DNA from: the human T2T-CHM13v2.0 reference genome, Homo sapiens
Length of the DNA stretch: 64,000 bases
NCBI RefSeq assembly: GCF_009914755.1
Contig: NC_060933.1
Strand: one strand, 5' to 3'
The first letter of the stretch is position 1. Each line of letters opens with the position of its first letter. Under the pieces are notes generated by a model. It was not told the DNA's origin. It saw only the letters and a list, made by a program, of their open reading frames with translations, and did no database searches. Positions 56,531 through 64,000 of the stretch are shown here, piece after piece. A program made the position numbers and the translations under genes.

Positions 56531-58870
56531 CTCACGAGCCGGGGTCCTCCTGAGCCTGGGTCCTCCTGAGCCTGGGTCCTCCTAAGCCTGGGATCCTCCT
56601 GAGCCTGGGTCCTCCTGAGCCTGGGGCCCTCCTAAGTCAGGGTCCTCCTGAGCCTGGATCCTCCTGAGCCTGGGTTCCTCCTGAGCCTGGGTCCTTCCAT
56701 GTCAGGGTCCTCCTGAACTGGGGTCCTCCTGAGCCTGGGTCCTCCTGAGCATGGGTCCTCCTGAGCCTGGGAACTTCTGAGCCTGGGTCCTCCTGAGCCT
56801 GGGGTCTTCCTGAGTCGGGGTCCTCCTGAGCCTGGGTCCTCCTGAGCATGGGTCCTCCTGAGCCTGGGAACTTCTGAGCCTCGGGTCTTCCTGAGTCAGG
56901 GTCCTTCTGATCCTGGGTCCTCCTAAGTCTGGGGTCCTCCTGAGCCTGGGTCCTCCTGAGCCTGGGGCCCTCCTGAGCCTGGGGTCCTCCTGAGCCTGAG
57001 TCCTCCTGAGCCTGGGGTCCTCCTGAGCCTGGGTCCTTCTGAGCCTGGGGTCCTCCTGAGCCTGGGGTCCTCCTGAGCCTGAGTCCTCCTGAGCCTGGGG
57101 TCCTCCTGAGCCTGGGTCCTCCTGAGCCTGGGTCCTCCTGAGCCTGGGGTCCTCCTGAGTCAGGGTCCTCCTGAGTTGGGGTCCTCCTGAGCCTGGGACC
57201 CTCCTAAGTCAGAGTCCTCCTGAGCCTGGGTCCTTCTGTGTCAGGGTCCTCCTGAACTGGGGTCCTCCTGAGCCTGGCAACTCCTGAGCCTGGGTCCTCC
57301 TGAAGCTGGGCCCTCCTGAATCAGGGTCCTCCTGAGTTGGGGTCTTTCTGAGCCTGGGTCCCTCCTGAGCCCAGGTCCTCCTGAGCCTGGGACCCTCCTG
57401 AGTAAGGGTCCTCCTGAGCCTCAGTCCTTCTGTGTCAGGGTCCTCCTGAACTGGAGTCCTCCAGAGCCTGGAAACTCCTGAGCCTGGGCCCTCCTGAGTC
57501 AGGGTCCTCCTGAGCCTGGGACCTCCTGAGCCTGGGAACTCCTGAACCTGGGGTCCTCCTGAGTCAGGGTCCTCCTGAGTTGGGGTCCTCTTGAGCCTGG
57601 GGTTCTCCTGAGCCTGGGACCCTCCTAAGTGAGAGTCCTCCTGAGCCTGGGTCCTTCCATGTCAGGGTCCTCCTGAACTGGGGTCCTCCTGAGCCTGGGT
57701 CCTCCTGAGCATGGGTCCTCCTGAGCCTGGGAACTTCTGAGCCTGGGGTCTTCCTGAGTCAGGGTCCTTCTGATCCTGGGTCCTCCTAAGTCTGGGGTCC
57801 TCCTGAGCCTGGGTCCTCCTGAGCCTGGGGCCCTCCTGAGTCAGGGTCCTCCTGAGCCTGGGTCCTCCTGAACCTGGGGTCCTCCTGAGCCTGGGTCCTC
57901 CTGAGCCTGGGCCCTCCTAAGTCAGGATCCTCCTGAGCCTGGGTCCTCCTGAGCCTGGGTCCTCCTGAAGCTGAGTCCTCCTGAGTCAGGGTCCTCCTGA
58001 GTTGGGGTCCTCCTGAGCCTGGGTCCTCCTAAGCCTGGGAACTCCTAAACCTGGGTCATCCTGAGCCTGGTAACTCCTGAGCCTGGGGTCCTCCTGAGCC
58101 CGGGGCCCTCCTGAGTCTGGGGTCCTCCTGAGCCTGGGGTCCTCCTGAGCCTGAGGCCCTCCTAAGTCGGGGTCCTCCTGAGCCTGTGTCCTCCTGAACC
58201 TGAGGCCCTCCTAAGTCAGGGTCCTCCTGAGCCTGTGTCCTCCTGAGCCTGTGGCCCTCCTGAACCTGGGTCCTACTGAGCCTGGGTCCTCCTGATCCTG
58301 GGATCCTCCTGAGCCTGAGTCCTCCTGAGCCTGGGGTCCTCCTGAGCCTGGGTCCTCCTGAGTCGGGGTCCTCCTGAGCCTGGGATCCTCTTCAGCCTGG
58401 GACCCTCCTGAACCTGAATAGTCCTGAGCTTGGCTCTTCCTGAGCCTGGAATCCTCCTGAGCCTGGGGCCCTCCTGAGTTGGGGCCCTCCTGAGTTGGGG
58501 GTCCTCCTGAGCCTGGGTCTTCCTGAGCCTCGGTCCTTCTGAGTCATGGTCCTCCTGAGCTAGGGTCCTCCTGAGCCTGGGTCCTCCTAAGCTTGGGTCC
58601 TCCTGAGTCAGGGTCCTCCTGAGCCTGGGGTCCTCCTGAGCCTGGGACCCTCCTGAGTCAGGGTCCTCCTGAGCCTGGGTCCTTCTGAGTCAAGGTCCTC
58701 CTGAGCTGGGGTGCTCCTGAGCCTTGGTCCTCCTGAGCCTGGGTCTTTCTGAGCCTGGGACCTTCCTGAGCCTGGGTCCTCCTGAGCCTGGGTCCTCCTG
58801 AGCCTGGGTCCTCCTGAACTTGTCCTTCTGTGATTCAGGTCTTCTTGAGCTCAGCCCCTCCTGAGTGTGG
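56513..58870. repeat. VNTR, 16-17-bp unit (CCTCCTGAGCCTGGGT), ~140 copies
   Basis: Continuous tandem array with variants; higher-order duplicated block at 56691 and 57651. Confidence 0.96.
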
Positions 58871-61800
58871 TCTCTTTGGGACAGTGGGGACACAGCCTGT
58901 TGGTCTGTAGCCTTGCTCACCCCGATGACTGCTCAGACCCGCTCTTCATTAGTGGTGGGGCGGTGCAGAGGTCTTGGCTGTGCTTGGCCCTCCGGCTGGC
59001 TGCAGGGAGCTTTGGCAGAATCCTCTAGCCTCCTGCCTGGCTGTCCCTGAGGGGTGGGAGCCAGACTGGGCATGAGCCCTGTGGGTGGCTGCCCCAGCCC
59101 TGGAGTTGCTGACAGTAGTGGGCAGGAGAGGCTTTCTGGGCGGGGACCTGGCCCCTGCAGCCCCAGAGGTCAGTCAGAGGTGGGAGGCTGGCTGGGGTGG
59201 AGACGCCTTCCTTGGTGGTGTTGCAGGCCTTGGGCTTGGAGGAGCCATCTGAGTCTCAGTGCCTGCCTTGGTGGGGCAGGGGTGGCCTGGCCCTGCCCCT
59301 TTGGAGCTACTCGCCCGGGGCAGGTCGCTCTGCGCCTCTGGGAGCCCCAGTTCCCCGCTGGCAATTTGGAGCCCTGGGGGCCCTGGCCCACCCCACTCCC
59401 AGGGCCCCTCCACTCTCAGTTTTTCCCAAGGAAAGCCTGGGTGGTCTGAGGCCTGGCCTTCCCCCTTTGAGGGTCCGAAGAGTCCCTGATCATGGCCAGG
59501 GCCGGGCTCACTACAGATGCCACTTCCACGTTCCCTGAGTGCCTCCTGTGTATGCATGGCCCTGGGCTCCTGGCTCCTTCTCCCTTGGGCGTGGAGGAGG
59601 TGGCAGGTCCACCCTCTCCCAGGTGAGGCCCCAGTGTTGAGTCTCACACCCCGGGTCACAGCACGGTGGGACTCTGGCTTGGACTCTCAACTTCACCCCC
59701 ATCTCCAGGGGGCTGGCGAGTGGATAAGTACACCCCTCCCCAGGCGGGAGGGACACAGAGCTAGGGCTCCAGCTTCCAACCAGAGGTTCAGAGGGGGCCT
59801 ACAGAGGAAGCTGACCCTCACAGCGCCACAGCCCTGGCCAAGGTGCACAGCGTCCCATTTTCCGTGTCCCCTGGGAGGCCCAGTCCCCCTCCTGGAAGAT
59901 GCCTGGCCCTAAGTTGCTGTCTTCTTATTCAAATGGACTTCTGTTGGCTCATATGGTCCCATCAGCTGCAGTGGATGTTTTGCATAATGACGATTTGGAA
60001 CTCAACCTATTCTACTAGAATGTCCAATTTAATGCCAATTAAGTCTGGAATTGAATGATGTTCTCTGGGAATCCTGCACAGATGAGCCTCAGTGGCGCTG
60101 GCTGCAGAGACCGTGATCACTCACTTTGGCTTCTTGGAACCGCCCTAGCACAGGGCTGTGGGCTCCCTCACCTGGCCTGGCCCTCGGGCTACCCCTGCCA
60201 CTGCCTTGATGGGAGAAGCCGCTGGATGGGCAGCCTCACGTGTGCTGGAAGAAGTCCTGGCCTGGAGGTTCGGAGGCAAGGCAGGCTGGGAGGTGCTCCT
60301 GCTGATGTGGATGGCTCTGCCTCCCTTCCTTTCTCACTTCCACCTCCTCTTCCCAGCCCACAGGCCTGTCCCACACCTGTTCCAGGAAGCCTGCCTGGAC
60401 TGCCCTCCATCCGGAGTCTCCGACGTCTCCGTGCCTGTTCTGGTGAGGTCGTTCCATGCTGGAACCTCTCTGGCTTTTGCAGAGAAGCTCTGAGGTCCTC
60501 TGGCTGACTTGCGTTCATCCTGAAAACATTAGGCTCCGGGTGGCCCAGTCTGTGTGCCGGAGTGTGGCGTGGAGGCTGGAGGCTCGCCCTGCTGTCAGCT
60601 GACCTGGGCTGGCGCCTGGGGGGCCCCTGGAACTGGTGACTTGGGGGGCTTGTAGGGGTGGCTATCTCCCCGCTTTGGGTTGATGTGAGTCACACACACG
60701 GTGCACGGGTGTGTGAGCCAGCCCCAGTCAACGAAGCTGTTAGGACTTTTGTATTTATTTTGGACAATCACCAGGGGGGCCAGGGTGACTGCAGCAGAGT
60801 GGGCTGGGAGGGCAGAGAGCAGAAAGGGCCGGGTGAGGACTTGCCTCTTCCTGTAAGATAGTGTGTCCTGAGCGTGGCCACCAGGCCTCCCTCACTGTCC
60901 CTAGGGTGAAGTCTGGCTCCTCTGCTGACCCCTGTGGAGTCCCATGACTCCTCCAAAAGGCTCGATTCCCACAGCCTCCCCTGGCTGGAGCAGCCCAAGC
61001 CGTGCAGGCTTGCGGATCCCACGGGATGTAGGGGCTCTGGGGTTGCCCCGGAATCTTCCGAGAGCAGCCTCCTGGGTGCTCCATCGTGGTGGGCTTCCCC
61101 AGAGAGTGCCTCACGTTTGGGGGCGAGGAGGGCACTTGCTGAATGAAGGCCAAAATGGGGCAGAAAAACGCCCGTGCTGTGCAGAGCTGGCATCTAAGGC
61201 CATGCTGGCCCATGAGCATCTTCCTGTGTCCTGACAGCGGAACCCGGAGGCAGAGGGCTTGCCTGCCACTCTCACTCTGAGACTCTTCGAGAATGAGCTT
61301 GGTGACCCTCCAGGCCCTGGCCCCGATGGAACCTCCCTGGAGGGGGCTGTTGGCTGATGTACTTGCCCCCGCTGAGACCTGGGCCTGCTGAAGATGAGCC
61401 CCCAGCCCCAGGGTGAGGTGCACAGCTGGGGCTCAGTGTGTGTTTGCTGAGTGGATGGCATGCCCTCTCTCCCCGCAGCAGTCAGGTGTCCCCGAGGCGG
61501 AGCCGTGGAGTGTGTCTTGCCACTAACGGGATAAGAGGAGGCCCCAAGCCAGCCCCTGCTCCATCCCTAGCCCCTGCCTCACTCCCTCCCACACCCCAGG
61601 AGCCCCTCTGTCCAGGTGCAACTGCCTGGGCCTCGTGGCAGTTGGCTTTGCCCTTGCACCTGCCTCTGGCCTGGAGCCTTCTCAGAGGGCTTGAGGGGAC
61701 GGTGCCCACCCATGGCTCTACACCGATCTGGCTTCTGCTCGCTGCATCCTTCCTCCGGGTGCTGGGGGATGTCCCTTTGCAGAGACGTTATGTATTTTGT

Positions 61801-62627
61801 TCTCAGCTGTTTCCCTGGGGCCTGGGCTCACTGAGCAGGTGGAGGAAGCTGACAAGGTGTGGGTTTGGCTGCCGCCAGAAAGCCTTGCCTGGGCCTCAGG
61901 GGGCTGGGTGGGTTCCTGCTGCCTGGAGAGGCCTGGTGGGCACCCCCTGACCCTGATCGGCACCTTAGGACCCCGCTGCCCTGCTGTCTTGAGAGAACGA
62001 GGAGCAGATTCCCGGGGAAGCAGGAGGGGTTCGGGGAAGGAGCAGATCCCCGGGGAAGGAGGAGGGACCCGGACGAGGAGGGGCGCTGCACTCCACGCAG
62101 GATGTCTCTCCACCCTGAGCCTGCGGGAGGCCGGTGGCATCTGCAAACTCTGCCACGTGGACAGGCTGCACACTTCTTTCTCCAGGCGTGTTCAGGAAAT
62201 GAACTTTTCCTCCTCCTTTTCTGGGCCGTGTCCCGGGAGGCGGGGCCCCAGGCTTTAGGAAGGAAGGCAGCTCTGGCCTGGCAGTCGCTGCTCAGTGAGC
62301 CCCCAGCCAGGATGGGGTGGGGGCTGTGCTGGGGCCCTGGTGGGGTCCCCCTCCCACTGGCCTCTCTGCTTGGCTCCAACTTCAGCCTGCACAAGCCGCT
62401 CCCCACTCTGCTCGTCCCAAAGCCCAGAGCCTGTGTGGGTTTGCAGAGAGCCTGGGTTTGGGGCTGCAGCCAGGACAGCCACCATTCCAGCCCCGACACA
62501 TTCCAAGAGGGTTCCCTGGAAATCCCTAGAGCCCCCAGAGCTTCTCTGACACTGAGCATTAGTGCATTCTGCCCTCAGAGCTGGAGACCCCGGACCCGCA
62601 ACTGGCACCAGGGCTTGCTCGTCGCAT

Positions 62628-63323
62628 CCTCACTCTAGGCCCCAGTTCCTCACTCTAGGCCCCAGTTCCTCACTCTAGGCCCCAGTTCCTCACTCTAGGT
62701 CCCAGTTCCTCACTCTAGGCCCCAGTTCCTCACTCTAGGTCCCAGTTCCTACTCTAGGCCCCAGTTCCTCACTCTAGGCCCCAGTTCCTCACTCTAGGCC
62801 CCAGTTCCTCACTCTAGGCCCCAGTTCCTCACTCTAGGTGCCAGTTCCTCACTCTAGGCCTCAGTTCCTCACTGTAAGCCTCAGTCCTTCACTCTAGGCC
62901 CCAGTTCCTACTCTAGGCCCCAGTTCCTCACTCTAGGCCCCAGTTCCTCACTCTAGGCCCCAGTTCCTCACTCTAGGCCTCAGTTCCTAACTCTAGGCCC
63001 CAGTTCCTCACTCTAGGCCCCAGTTCCTCACTCTAGGCCCCAGTTCCTCACTCTAGGCCCCAGTTCCTCACTCTAGGCCCCAGTTCCTCACTCTAGGCCC
63101 CAGTTCCTCACTCTAGGCCCCAGTTCCTCACTCTAGGTCCCAGTTCCTCACTCTAGGCCCCAGTTCCTCACTCTAGGCCCCAGTTCCTCACTCTAGGCCC
63201 CAGTTCCTCACTCTAAGCCTCAGTCCTTCACTCTAGGCGCCAGTTCCTCACTCTAGGCCCCAGTTCCTCACTCTAGGTCTCAGTTCCTCACTCTAAGCCT
63301 CAGTCCTTCACTCTAGGCCTCAG
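62628..63323. repeat. VNTR, 20-bp unit (CCTCACTCTAGGCCCCAGTT), ~35 copies
   Basis: Near-perfect tandem array. Confidence 0.96.
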
Positions 63324-63589
63324 TTTGCCCATCTTTGTGAAGAGCAAGGTGGCCCTGAGACGGGTATCCACAAGCTGTGTGGGTTAAGATACAGGCTTTA
63401 GTGTTGGATGGCTGAGGGTCTGGGTTCCAGTGTGGCCAAGTCGGCCTGAGCCTGTTTCCCTGCCTATCAATAGGTGGATGAGAGGCCACACGGAGCCTGG
63501 CACCGCTGGGAAGGGCTGCTGTAGCCACTTCACCCACCCAGCGCTCCCGAGTTGCCTTCTCTGGGGTGTTCTAGAGACTGCTGGCCAGA

Positions 63590-63716
63590 GGACTTCATGG
63601 AGCCTTGAGCTCAGCCCTCCCAGCCTCCAGATGGTGATAAATACATTTCTGTTCTTTATAAATTGCCCGGTCTGGGGGTAGTTTTCTTTTATCGTGGCTC
63701 AAATGGACTAAGACAG
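63590..63716 (+). mobile_element. MaLR LTR 3' fragment (MLT1A/MST-like)
   Basis: cccagcctccaga...ataaatacatttctgttctttataaattgcccggtct...aaatggactaagaca. Confidence 0.65.
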
Positions 63717-64000
63717 AAGGGAAAGAAGAAGCCAGATTGGGTGGAAAAGGCGGCTGCATAGTGGTGCAGGCCTCATAAGGCCTAGTCCAGCCCTCTGGGG
63801 ACCCCCAGAAAAGTGTCCTGCACCTCACTGCGTCCTGCCTGTTGGTGTCCTGCGGCACACGGCCGTGGCTCACCTACAGAGCGTGGGAAGGGGCATGACC
63901 TAGGGTGCGGAGGAGCTGCCAGCTGGAGGCTGTGTGCTAGCCACTCCCCGGGGCCGGGTGACAGGTCCCTCCTGAAGGGAAACCAGGGCAGCCGTCCCTG

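Noticed and set aside
51238-63323. CRISPR-like appearance of regular repeats
   Set aside because: Head-to-tail repeats without unique spacers, no cas genes, eukaryotic context
27100-64000. A second protein-coding or RNA gene downstream of RXRA
   Set aside because: No coherent exon chain, recognisable domain or tRNA/snoRNA structure seen; a lncRNA cannot be excluded from sequence alone

Overview
Human (primate) genomic DNA with high GC content. It contains the 3' half of RXRA (retinoid X receptor alpha, chr9q34) on the + strand: six GT-AG coding exons (exons 5-10 of the canonical transcript, residues ~204-462, hinge plus ligand-binding domain, intact and wild-type at S427), then a ~4 kb 3'UTR that appears to end near 27.06 kb at a non-canonical AATACA signal. 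The remaining ~37 kb is intergenic and holds Alu, MIR, L1, L2, MaLR/ERV LTR and hAT DNA-transposon relics, plus many tandem repeats (nine arrays across the window, roughly 14% of its length). Nearly all other ORFs in the track are GC- or repeat-driven artefacts. No new protein-coding system is supported. The best leads are regulatory and evolutionary: perfect nuclear-receptor direct repeats in the RXRA locus itself (a DR2 in intron 8 and a DR1 inside a downstream MER21-like LTR, possible autoregulation); three tandem arrays apparently seeded from transposon relics (MER45A, MIR, L2 tail), one carrying 11 perfect AP-1 sites; a CpG-rich 57-bp VNTR; and a CRE/UPRE/RBPJ motif cluster. Repeat subfamily names come from recalled consensus sequences and need RepeatMasker confirmation.
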